From an uncultured Chlamydiae bacterium (lineage in GTDB: Bacteria > Chlamydiota > Chlamydiia > Chlamydiales > Parachlamydiaceae), in assembly GCA_963830365.1 (NCBI GenBank), contig CAWHMU010000008.1, positions 1 to 34,081 of the forward strand: a DNA stretch of 34,081 nucleotides, read 5' to 3'. Under the pieces are notes generated by a model. It saw nothing but the letters and a program-made list of their open reading frames with translations, had not been told where the DNA came from and made no database searches. Positions 9,859-21,567 of the stretch are shown here, one piece after another; within the stretch, counting starts at the first letter, position 1, and each line of letters opens with the position of its first letter. The position numbers were made by a program, and so were the translations under genes.

Positions 9859-10959
9859 TTAGCGGTTTTTATCATCGATTTGGGAAACGACTTTAAGCAT
9901 GTCGCGGTAGTGATCGCCGGTCTTATTATAGAAGATCTCGCGCATGAAAGCCAGCCCCCTGTGCACATTCGGCAGCGGCAGGGTGAAAGGCATCTGGCAT
10001 TCCTCTTTGGAGGAGGCATGGACCACCACCTGGGAGAGGTTTGGCTTGCGTGCCAGCAAATAGGAGTAGCCATTGACCAGGTTGATTTCCAGCGAGGCGA
10101 TGCCGCCTGATGGCAAGTCGCCATAGGTCTGGGGGGCCAGGGCTATGACCACAGGATTATTGGGACCGAAGTAACTGATCAGCGTATTATCTTCAAAGGT
10201 CTCTTTAGCGCGAAAGCGCCATCCCAGGCGCGATGCCAGCCAGCCTTGCAGATAGATGGCGCGGATTTCGGGATGGTGGACCGTTTCTGTCTGGCAATGG
10301 TGATAATTGATGGTGATCGATTTGCAGATGTTCAGTTCGGCAATTTTTTCAGGGGTGTCAAACAGCTGGAACAGCATGTCGCGCCAGTTGCTGACGATCG
10401 CCCAGTTGATATCGATCACATCCATATCAAGCGTCTGCAAATTTTCCAGCATCTCGCGGCAGAAGTGGCTGATATTGTCCGAACATTCAGAATCGAAGAT
10501 CACGCGCGCGGCAAAGGGCTGCAGATGGGGGAAGATGGTATTATCTTCGAAAGGATTTTGTCCCCACAGCAGATAGACCGGCAGGTCGGGCACAAGGTGC
10601 GGCGTGACGAGATAGGGGACGCGGAAGAGCTGGTCTTTGGAAGCCTCGATAGTGATCTGGTCGCAGGCTACCGTAGATTTCTGCTTTACATCTCCGCTCA
10701 TCACCGTAGAAACGGCGACGTGAAAATATGGACAGCCTGCCAGGTTGTTTTCTTTGACGAAGATGATGCGGCAGGGGAACTTTGCCAGGATGGTATCGAC
10801 AAGCTCTTGCAGGTATTGCACGCGCCTTGGCTCCTGGGCGTAGATGATCAAGGTGAAGAGGCAGGCTTTAACCTGCTTCTTATCCTGCGATGCCTTCCAC
10901 AGGCTGTCGAGCTCTTTTTCGATGGAAGGGATTTTAATGTCCAGTGCCTCGTCCACCAT
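9859..10959 (-). CDS. opcA: Glucose-6-phosphate dehydrogenase assembly protein OpcA
   Basis: Between zwf and pgl; PCRII, PHLVPDLPVYLLW, RVIFDS, DINW...WR, GWLASRLGW motifs. Confidence 0.88.
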   Translation of the reverse strand: MVDEALDIKIPSIEKELDSLWKASQDKKQVKACLFTLIIYAQEPRRVQYLQELVDTILAKFPCRIIFVKENNLAGCPYFHVAVSTVMSGDVKQKSTVACDQITIEASKDQLFRVPYLVTPHLVPDLPVYLLWGQNPFEDNTIFPHLQPFAARVIFDSECSDNISHFCREMLENLQTLDMDVIDINWAIVSNWRDMLFQLFDTPEKIAELNICKSITINYHHCQTETVHHPEIRAIYLQGWLASRLGWRFRAKETFEDNTLISYFGPNNPVVIALAPQTYGDLPSGGIASLEINLVNGYSYLLARKPNLSQVVVHASSKEECQMPFTLPLPNVHRGLAFMREIFYNKTGDHYRDMLKVVSQIDDKNR

Positions 10960-10960
10960 C

Positions 10961-12508
10961 TTAAATCAATCTCCACTGGCGTCCGTCATTATTCATCAGG
11001 GCTTCGGCTGCCTTAGGTCCCCATGTGCCCGAGGCATAATTGGGGAATTCGACGGGTTTTTCAGCGGCCCAGTGGTTGAGCAGGGGAGTGAGCAGGCGCC
11101 ATGAAGCCAAGGCTTCATCGGCTCTTGCAAAGAGGGTGTTGTCGCCGGCCATGCAGTCGCAAATGAGCCTTTCATAGGCTTCTGGCGGCGCGGCGCCGAA
11201 ATAGGCGCCGTACAGGAAGTCCATCTTCACCGGCTGGATGATGCTGCCCAAGCCGGGGACCTTGCAATTCATCTTCAGCGAGATGCCTTCGTCCGGCTGG
11301 ATCCTGATCACCAGCGTATTGGGTTCGTTTTTCTTGGCATCGGTCTGGAAGAGGTAGCCGGGAGCCTGCTTGAAGACGATGGCAATTTCCGTCACCCGCT
11401 TGGGCATCCGCTTGCCGGCCCGCAGATAGAACGGCACGCCGGCCCAGCGCCAGTTGTCGATGAAAAGCTTCAGGGCCACAAACGTTTCTACCTTGGAATC
11501 ACGCGCTACATTGTCCTCTTCGCGGTAGCCGCGCACATCTTTGCCTTCGATATAGCCTGGGCCATATTGCCCGCGGATGGCGGTATTGGCGATATTGTCC
11601 ATGGGCAAGGGACGCAATGCTTCCATGATTTTGACTTTTTCGGCATGGATGGCATCGGCTTTAAGGCTGGTGGGAGGTTCCATGGTGACAAGGCATAGCA
11701 GCTGCATCATATGGTTTTGCACGATATCGCGCAGCATGCCGGCTTCTTCCCACAGGCGGCCGCGCGTGCCGATGCCCATTTCTTCGCTGACGGTGATTTG
11801 GACGTTATCGACATGGTGGCTGTTCCACAGGGCTTCGAAGATGGAGTTGCTGAAGCGGAAGACCATCAGGTTTTGCACCGTCTCCTTACCGAGGTAATGG
11901 TCGATGCGGTAGATCTGTTTTTCGTCGAGATGCTGGGTGATTTCTTTTTGCAGCGCCAGCGCCGATGGCAGGTCGTGGCCGAAGGGCTTTTCGATGATCA
12001 CCCGCGACCATTTGTCCTGCACGGTGTCGGCATCATAGAGCAGCTTATGGTGGTTCAGTTTCTCGATGATCAAGGGGAAGAAGCTTGGCTGGGTGGAGAG
12101 GTAAAATACCCTGTTGCCCTTGGTGCCCAGTTTGGCATCAAGCTTCTCCAGGAAGATCCTTAACGATTCATAGCCGGCGTCATCGTCAAATTCAGACTGG
12201 TGATAGTATATCTGGTCATGGAAGGAGTCCCAAATCTCCTTATTGACGGGCCGGTTGCGCGAAAACTGGTTCACCGCCGTCAGCATCTCCTGCCGGAAAT
12301 CCTCATGCGATTTCGGGCGGCGCGCAAAGCCGACACAGGCGAAATGCCCCGGTAACTGTCCGTCATGGGCCAGGTTGTATAGCGCCGGCACCAATTTTCG
12401 GCCGGTGAGGTCGCCGCTTGCGCCAAAGATCACGAGGATGCAGGGGTCGATATGTTTCTTCGATCGGCTGTTATCTTCAAGGGGATGCGCGCTTGGTATG
12501 GATGTCAC
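10961..12508 (-). CDS. zwf: Glucose-6-phosphate 1-dehydrogenase
   Basis: GASGDL, EKPFG, RIDHYLGKE, RDIVQNH, RWAGVPFYLRAGK, AYERL. Confidence 0.98.
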   Translation of the reverse strand: MTSIPSAHPLEDNSRSKKHIDPCILVIFGASGDLTGRKLVPALYNLAHDGQLPGHFACVGFARRPKSHEDFRQEMLTAVNQFSRNRPVNKEIWDSFHDQIYYHQSEFDDDAGYESLRIFLEKLDAKLGTKGNRVFYLSTQPSFFPLIIEKLNHHKLLYDADTVQDKWSRVIIEKPFGHDLPSALALQKEITQHLDEKQIYRIDHYLGKETVQNLMVFRFSNSIFEALWNSHHVDNVQITVSEEMGIGTRGRLWEEAGMLRDIVQNHMMQLLCLVTMEPPTSLKADAIHAEKVKIMEALRPLPMDNIANTAIRGQYGPGYIEGKDVRGYREEDNVARDSKVETFVALKLFIDNWRWAGVPFYLRAGKRMPKRVTEIAIVFKQAPGYLFQTDAKKNEPNTLVIRIQPDEGISLKMNCKVPGLGSIIQPVKMDFLYGAYFGAAPPEAYERLICDCMAGDNTLFARADEALASWRLLTPLLNHWAAEKPVEFPNYASGTWGPKAAEALMNNDGRQWRLI

Positions 12509-12625
12509 AACGTTGGCTCCTGGCTCAAAAAAATTAGTGATTTGATGGATAGGCTATTATTCGTGAGGTTAACGAATTCCGAATTCTGAATCCAGCTCGA
12601 TGTGCAAGTGTTAAGTAAAAAACAA

Positions 12626-12705
12626 AAGGGACCAAAACGACATAAAGGACCAAAGGGACACCCTATCTCATCTGTTCCTAGTTGTCCATATTGTCCTTAA
12701 GGTCC
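12626..12705. repeat. Degenerate 9-bp-periodic inverted repeat (aaaggacca type)
   Basis: aagggaccaaaacgacataaaggaccaaagggac ... gtccatattgtccttaaggtcc; a similar periodic run lies at ~19310-19355. Confidence 0.5.
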
Positions 12706-12757
12706 TGATGGTTTTTTTTGGATTGCTTGAAAACTACTTGTTCCATAGAATAATTCG

Positions 12758-12966
12758 GGTTCATCACGCAAATGAGTACCTAATTAACAAAACCCTAAGA
12801 GCAATCTCCATTTTTCTTCTCTGTGCCTCTGTGTCTCGGTGGTGAAGCTTTCCGTAACACTCCGATTGATAATACTATACATCCAGCAAGCAGATTTCAC
12901 CACAGAGGCACAGAGTCACAGAGAAGGTCGGGAAAACCTCATGGGTACTCATTTGCGCGATGAGCC
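12758..12966. mobile_element. MITE, copy B, 209 bp, with 23-bp terminal inverted repeats and 8-bp target duplication
   Basis: Left ggttcatcacgcaaatgagtacc, right ggtactcatttgcgcgatgagcc; ATAATTCG at 12750-12757 and 12967-12974. Confidence 0.88.
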
Positions 12967-12996
12967 ATAATTCGGCAATATTATGGAGTTTTATTT

Positions 12997-13749
12997 ATGG
13001 ATGGTAAATTTGAGTCTATTAATAATATCGAAATGTATTGCGAAATGCATGGCCAGGGAGAACCGCTGGTGCTGCTGCATGGGTTCACGGGTTCCAGCGC
13101 CAGCTGGGGAGAGATTGGCAGAGCATTATCCAAAAAGTTCCAGGTAATCATGCCGGATCTGCGTGGACATGGCCGGTCAACCTATGTGCCATCCAAATAT
13201 ACCTTTGGTCAAGTGGCGCTGGATGTTTATGCGCTGCTTGATAAGCTCCAGATAAGAAAATTCAAATGCATGGGCTGTAGTGGCGGTGCAAGTGCTTTAT
13301 TACATATGGCCACACAGCAGCCCGAGAGGGTCGATGCAATGGTGTTAGTCAGCGCCACCACCCATTATCCAGCACAAGCCCGTGCGATTATGGCACAGGT
13401 GTCGGTCGACACTCTGAGCGAGGAACAATGGCAATCTTTGCGCAAGCTGCACTTCCATGGGGATGCCCAGATTCGCGAGCTCTATGAGCATGTCAGAGGT
13501 TTTGCGGCGGACGTTAGCGACATGGATTTTACGCATCAAGACCTGGCCACGATTACGGCATCCACCTTGCTTGTACAGGGCGACAGGGATTTTCTATATC
13601 CCATAGACATCTCCATCGAGATGTATAAGGCCATCCCTAAATGCAGCCTATGGGTGGTGCCCAATGCCGGCCACTGCCCAATATCTGAAGAAAATACCGC
13701 CCAGTTTATAAAAAATATCACCGACTTTCTTAGCACTTGTAGATGCTGA
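12997..13749 (+). CDS. Alpha/beta-fold hydrolase
   Basis: PLVLLHG, PDLRGHGRS, nucleophile elbow GCSGG, GDRD acid, NAGH histidine. Confidence 0.9.
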   Translation: MDGKFESINNIEMYCEMHGQGEPLVLLHGFTGSSASWGEIGRALSKKFQVIMPDLRGHGRSTYVPSKYTFGQVALDVYALLDKLQIRKFKCMGCSGGASALLHMATQQPERVDAMVLVSATTHYPAQARAIMAQVSVDTLSEEQWQSLRKLHFHGDAQIRELYEHVRGFAADVSDMDFTHQDLATITASTLLVQGDRDFLYPIDISIEMYKAIPKCSLWVVPNAGHCPISEENTAQFIKNITDFLSTCRC

Positions 13750-13884
13750 AATTTGTCCAGTAACGGCCTGAGTTAATTGAAGATTTGGCCCCCTTGTTTC
13801 TCGGAGGTCTTTGTGAGCTCTATGGTGGTCCAATACACCGAAAATTTTTGTTATGCAGATGAATGCAACCAATTTATTTAGTGC

Positions 13885-16756
<2,872 letters not shown>

Positions 16757-16907
16757 CGAATCTCAACTGCTTAGTTTTATGGCAACCGGTGAAAGTAGGA
16801 TTGTAGCCGATAAGCCGGATAAATTCAATTCTAAAGGAAAAACAATATCCTTTCGGCTGGGCACGAATTTTTAAAAAGTTGTCTTGGTTTTATAAACGTT
16901 AGTTTTG

Positions 16908-16936
16908 TTGTGCTTGATTATTATTAATGTTATGCT
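16908..16936 (+). promoter_or_regulatory. Candidate sigma66/70-type promoter for the 17022 gene
   Basis: TTGTGC-17 bp-TATGCT with an extended TG. Confidence 0.3.
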
Positions 16937-17021
16937 TTATAGTTTTATTTTCTAATAGATGTAGTGTAACTGCGTCCTTACTAAATATTATACTTACTAT
17001 TATTTACTTTTTGAGTGCTTT

Positions 17022-19016
17022 ATGCCAACGATTGTTTCTTCACCCTCCTCAACATATACGTCCAGCCAAACGTATAGCCAACTCGATGTTTTGACCACAG
17101 CGCCAAACAAACGCTGGATGGCGACAGGCGCTGGAAACCTGGTTACTATCGGACGTCTGCGCGCTTTAATGGAAACCATCAAAGGCTGGCTAGGTTTTGA
17201 AAATCGCGCCGGCGCTGCCGCCATCAGCCAAGCCTTCATCCGTCTGCTAGGCAAAGGTAAGGCGCAAGGCGTTTTCAATGCCGAACAGCTGGCATTGGTC
17301 GAAACGGCAGTTAAAAAGATGGGCTTATTTGCAAATTTCAAGCGCCGCCAGAAGAGCAGAAGCATGGGAGAGCTCAATGCGCTTATTAAAACGACCGCTA
17401 TGCAGATTTTACAAAAACGCGATGCTTTAATTCAAAGTGCCCCCATCAGCCCCAGCACGCCAGCGAAACAGTCTGAAGTGTCTGTGGTGCCACTGGCTGT
17501 GGTGCCTCAACAGGCTGAAGTCCTGGTTGAAGTCCAGGTTGAAGCACCGGCGCTTAAACCAGAGCTTGCCACGCAGGCACTGTCACAGGGAAATGCCGCC
17601 GATGACTGCGGCCAGGAAGATTCCGCCACCTTAGCCAGAGAGATACCTCTTGTTATAGCCACGGCCGTTGAGCTGTCTACACCTGTGCCAGTGGCAAAAA
17701 CAACAGCTGTAGCCACGCCGGTTTTGCAAAATAAGCATGTAAAGCCGCCAGCTTCTGCGCCTTTCGCCACAACCTCAAAAACGCTTCTCGGCGTTGCCAT
17801 CGGAGCTTTGCTTGCCTCTGCCGGCGCCTTTACCGCCTACCGCAACCTCATTACAGTTGAGCGTGCAGACGTATTAGACCCAGTTGTGCCGATGGCCAAC
17901 AATGGTACAGGATTTTCTGTTTCACCAGGCTACGACACGCACACCATACTGGCTGCCAATCAGACTGAGCTTCCCAATGTTTTGGATCTGACGCAACTAG
18001 CGAATCGGACACAACAGGTGGTTGCTAACTCGACTGAAGAAGCTAATCAAGAACCGGCCGTGTGGTCCAACCTTACATTTGCAGACTCCAGTGTTCTGAA
18101 AGCTGAGCCTACAACTCAAAATGAACCTTCAGATAAAGCAGACGATTCCGATAGGGAAGACAATGCAGACAGTCTGCCGAATCAGAAGCTAGCTTTAGGG
18201 GCTGCTGTCCTCGCCAGTTTGGGAATTATCGGTTCTCTGTTACCAAAAGGTCGAAAAAGCAAAGCTGGCCAAGGGGATAGGCCTGCACCTTGGCTTAGTC
18301 TTTTGCCCTCTTTCGGCCATACGCAGTGGGATACCGCTGTCGATGCTATACCGAAAGTAAACTCCCAGGCAAGTACTATCGTCGATAATCAAAGCAAAAC
18401 CAGAGATGAGGATGAGGATGGGGATAAGGGTACCCCAGCCGCTGAAGGTTCACAATATGGACTATCTGGACAAAATGGACAACAAGACGATGGACTAGAT
18501 AGACAACCGCCAGCAGCAACACAGGGTCAGAAAGCCAGAGAGTCGGCTAATGCCAATACTAAAGCAGACGAGTCCAAGCTTGCTGTGTCTGATGTGGGTT
18601 TTTTGCCATCTTTCGACCCTATGCAGTGGGATGCTGCTGTCGAAAATAGTGCAAGGACAGCCACACCTCCACCTGTTACCACCGAAACCGTTACCGCCAG
18701 TCCTATCTTGGCAACATCTTCTATCTTGGCAGCCACACCTGCTCAGATTGGATCGCCGTCATCAACACGGGCAACTAATTTAGATAAACTCTACTGGAGA
18801 CGCTTCATTATTGCGCTAGTCATCAAACAGCGACTGAAAAACCGCATGGCGGCGCAATGCCAAAATGTTCAAAGAGAAGAAAATGCAGGAGTTCTAGTGC
18901 CTACAAGTTCCAGTTTGGTAGCACCTCCGCCTCGCCCATCGACAATGGCTATTCTGTGTCATCCGCAGAGTCCTTTTGAAAATTCCGGAGAATTTCAACA
19001 TTTTCTAACCCAGTAA
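17022..19016 (+). CDS. Putative secreted membrane-anchored effector, paralogue 2
   Basis: Ser/Thr-rich N-terminus; RWMATGAGNLVTIGRLRALMETIKGWLGF; TM segments ~17781-17840 and ~18189-18242. Confidence 0.8.
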   Translation: MPTIVSSPSSTYTSSQTYSQLDVLTTAPNKRWMATGAGNLVTIGRLRALMETIKGWLGFENRAGAAAISQAFIRLLGKGKAQGVFNAEQLALVETAVKKMGLFANFKRRQKSRSMGELNALIKTTAMQILQKRDALIQSAPISPSTPAKQSEVSVVPLAVVPQQAEVLVEVQVEAPALKPELATQALSQGNAADDCGQEDSATLAREIPLVIATAVELSTPVPVAKTTAVATPVLQNKHVKPPASAPFATTSKTLLGVAIGALLASAGAFTAYRNLITVERADVLDPVVPMANNGTGFSVSPGYDTHTILAANQTELPNVLDLTQLANRTQQVVANSTEEANQEPAVWSNLTFADSSVLKAEPTTQNEPSDKADDSDREDNADSLPNQKLALGAAVLASLGIIGSLLPKGRKSKAGQGDRPAPWLSLLPSFGHTQWDTAVDAIPKVNSQASTIVDNQSKTRDEDEDGDKGTPAAEGSQYGLSGQNGQQDDGLDRQPPAATQGQKARESANANTKADESKLAVSDVGFLPSFDPMQWDAAVENSARTATPPPVTTETVTASPILATSSILAATPAQIGSPSSTRATNLDKLYWRRFIIALVIKQRLKNRMAAQCQNVQREENAGVLVPTSSSLVAPPPRPSTMAILCHPQSPFENSGEFQHFLTQ

Positions 19017-19193
19017 CGAAGGCTGCGTCCCACCCTTGCCACGCATAGCGTTTGGAGTGCGAAAGGCTTCTTTCGCTTTGCTGTGGAAGCTTATATCTGC
19101 ACATCATTGATTGACTTAATCCCTGTACTTTCATGTTTTGGTTCATCCTATTTTACAGACTAAAATCTTGCACCGCTGCCGCGGTTATGTTGT

Positions 19194-19288
19194 GTATTCA
19201 TGCTCTGACCCCACGTTGCGGCGCAGGAAGCGCCTGCACATGGGGCTGAAAGCTGTTGACCGCTGCCGCGGTATAAAAGCAGCCAGTC
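19194..19288. repeat. ~95-bp dispersed repeat, copy 1 (copy 2 at 33335-33429)
   Basis: gtattcatgct...ggcgcagg...gcacatggggc...gaaagctgttga...aagcagccagtc in both places, same orientation. Confidence 0.8.
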
Positions 19289-19592
19289 AATCCTCAAACG
19301 TAAAATCCTGTCCAGTCTTTTTGGCCCTTTAGGTCGTTTAAGTCGTTTAGGTCTCTATCACTTTCCCATTCCCTTTCGCTTTTTCTTAATTTTATTTTGC
19401 AAGCCTGTCGGCGTAACATGTTCAAAAACAACATAATAAAACATTTCCTTTCAAACTGTTGCGGGAAAAGAAACTTTCAAGATAAATATATTCACGAATT
19501 AAATGTTTAATTTGCTGAAATTGAGCTAGTGTTGACCACTTGACAAAACGCTCCAATTTGCGACTACTTAAAATATAGTTTAGGGTGTATTT

Positions 19593-20987
19593 ATGACGAC
19601 AGTTGCTGCCTCTACTGCCTTATATATGTGTTCTACAGTGCAATATCAACAGGGTTATACGCAAAACAATCAGACCTTGGCAGAGCCCGCAGCCTCACCC
19701 GGCAACAAACCTTTGTTGGTCGCAGAGCAGTGGCGGCAGGCCAGCTTCCAAAGCACGCCCAATGCATCCAATAGCAACGCTTTAACAACGGCATTGGCAA
19801 GCGTTGCTTTTGAAGAGAAATCGACAGCAATTCCTCTATCTTTCAATTGTCAGCTCGCCAGTATAAGCGGCCTGGACGCTCGGCATTTGTCTGTCGATAT
19901 CCCAAGCCGGGCTGTATCCGTCTCTCCTTCCATAGAAATCGATACGCTTTGTAAACATATCGACAGTGCCAAGGTGCAAGAGCTGATTCTAAAAGGCAAG
20001 TTCTTGATGCAAGGCATCAAAAGTGGCACCGTCAAAGAGCCTTCAAAAAATATCGAGGAGGCCCAAGATCAATTGGCAGCGATATGCTGGTTTTTAATGG
20101 ATGCCGCCATCAAGAAAAATCAGGGTTTTACGGAAGGCGCCTTCGTCATTGAAGATATCGATGCACTCATTTATAACTTCTATCTAAAATGCCCGCACAT
20201 GGGGGCAAGAGCCTCCAGCCATTACGAAGGCCGATCCCGCGAAGGCCATTTCGGTGTCGATGTCTTAAATGGCAATATGCCAGCTCAAAAGCGCCATCTC
20301 AATTTCTCACTCGTCCAGGCCTATCCACGCACTTCAAAAAAGATCCTGCTCCATTTAAAGCCTGAAAATTACAGCGTGTTCCCCACCACGGCCTGGGGGC
20401 ATGACTTGCTCATGCATAGCTATGAATACTTGCTCTCGCGCCGTCGAAAAGGGACCGATGGCGACGACCAGCCGGGAATGCAGAAGGAAAGGGTGCCGCA
20501 TGCGACGCTCAAGACATTTGAAACTATCGTCGCCCAGCTCGATCCAAAGGAGATCGACAAAAACTGTGGCTTTCCGCTGGAGAGCGCTGCCAAAGAAGCC
20601 AAGTGTTGGGGCATAGCTTATATGGTCGATTTCATCAAAACGCATTTCCCGTCCCAAGCCAAGTTGTCTCCTGAAGTGTCTTCCCTAATACAAGACTTCC
20701 ACCAAACGATTGCAAGTTTGGATCACATAGCTCACCGCACCGGACGGGAAGTTTATCTTTCCAGCGATGAACTCTGCGTCTTATTGGATATGCAGGTTGC
20801 CGGCAAAAGCGCCGCCGAAGGCGAAGGCAAAACGGCAGAAGACGACGAGGTCGCTAATAGCGGCTCGGCTGTCTTTAATAAAAATACGTGCGCCGTTGCC
20901 GCCTACAAGGTCAACACCATAGGCATAGGCGCCGTGCATGCCCCTCACTCCCCCTCATATGTCCGGACAATAGTTTCCAAAGCATAA
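19593..20987 (+). CDS. Hypothetical protein, candidate effector with a globular central domain
   Basis: 464-aa ORF; disordered Ser/Gln/Asn-rich N-terminus, then an enzyme-like core (RASSHY, GVDV, KRH, LKPE, KERVP, RTGREV); lies between effector paralogues 2 and 3. Confidence 0.7.
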   Translation: MTTVAASTALYMCSTVQYQQGYTQNNQTLAEPAASPGNKPLLVAEQWRQASFQSTPNASNSNALTTALASVAFEEKSTAIPLSFNCQLASISGLDARHLSVDIPSRAVSVSPSIEIDTLCKHIDSAKVQELILKGKFLMQGIKSGTVKEPSKNIEEAQDQLAAICWFLMDAAIKKNQGFTEGAFVIEDIDALIYNFYLKCPHMGARASSHYEGRSREGHFGVDVLNGNMPAQKRHLNFSLVQAYPRTSKKILLHLKPENYSVFPTTAWGHDLLMHSYEYLLSRRRKGTDGDDQPGMQKERVPHATLKTFETIVAQLDPKEIDKNCGFPLESAAKEAKCWGIAYMVDFIKTHFPSQAKLSPEVSSLIQDFHQTIASLDHIAHRTGREVYLSSDELCVLLDMQVAGKSAAEGEGKTAEDDEVANSGSAVFNKNTCAVAAYKVNTIGIGAVHAPHSPSYVRTIVSKA

Positions 20988-21232
20988 CTAAATTCATGGT
21001 GTGGTCGGAAATTCGACTTCAAGCCTGTCGCCGAAAGCTGTTGACTGCTACTGCGCTAAGCGCACATTTCAGCGCACATGTAAACCTTCGTCGAAAAACA
21101 AGCATCAGGCTTCTTGGGATGCTTCTTGGGATGAGCAATATTTTAAACGACAATTTTATCTCCTTTACGAGTTGAGGTACGCATTTGGGCCTCGTTCGCC
21201 TGTTCGGTCAAATAGCTGAAGATGACCACCTT

Positions 21233-21339
21233 TTGCAATCAGCTTGCCCTCCTCTGCGTCGCCGCGTCTCTGCGTCTCTGCGTTGAATTGCTTGAGACAA
21301 TTTAACGCAGAGACGCAGAGGAGGGCAGGCTAATTGTAA
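21233..21339. repeat. Imperfect palindrome of the cgcagagacgcagag family
   Basis: ttgcaatcagcttgccctcctctgcgtc...tctgcgttgaattg pairs with caatttaacgcagagacgcagaggagggcaggctaattgtaa. Confidence 0.8.
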
Positions 21340-21409
21340 TTAAGGAAATGATTGTGTCCGAAAGTTTCCCCTTTAGAAGGTGAGCGAGGCCCGCATTTGT
21401 CGGATGATC

Positions 21410-21428
21410 CTCATTTGTGTGACGAGAC
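21410..21428. repeat. Solo degenerate copy of the MITE terminal motif
   Basis: ctcatttgtgtgacgagac resembles ctcatttgtgtgatgaacc (31455-31473) and the right end of copy A. Confidence 0.5.
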
Positions 21429-21484
21429 AATTTCATTTACGTGATCCGTACAATGTTATTGTTTTGTGATCTAGTTTTTAAAGA

Positions 21485-21514
21485 TTGATTATATTCTTTT
21501 GTTTATGATATAAT
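21485..21514 (+). promoter_or_regulatory. Candidate sigma66/70-type promoter for the 21568 gene
   Basis: TTGATT-18 bp-TATAAT with an extended TG, 53 bp before the ATG. Confidence 0.5.
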
Positions 21515-21567
21515 GTCTTTAAATTATTTTTATTCTTATTAATTTTACCAATTAATTTTAAGGGTTT

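Noticed and set aside
20344..20376. LLHLKPENY as a kinase catalytic loop in ORF 19593
   Set aside because: No catalytic Asp before LKPEN, no DFG and no glycine-rich loop.
20888..21219. Short ORFs after the 19593 gene, with a 12-bp duplication gcttcttgggat
   Set aside because: No ribosome site or motif. They might be a decayed extension, but this cannot be supported.
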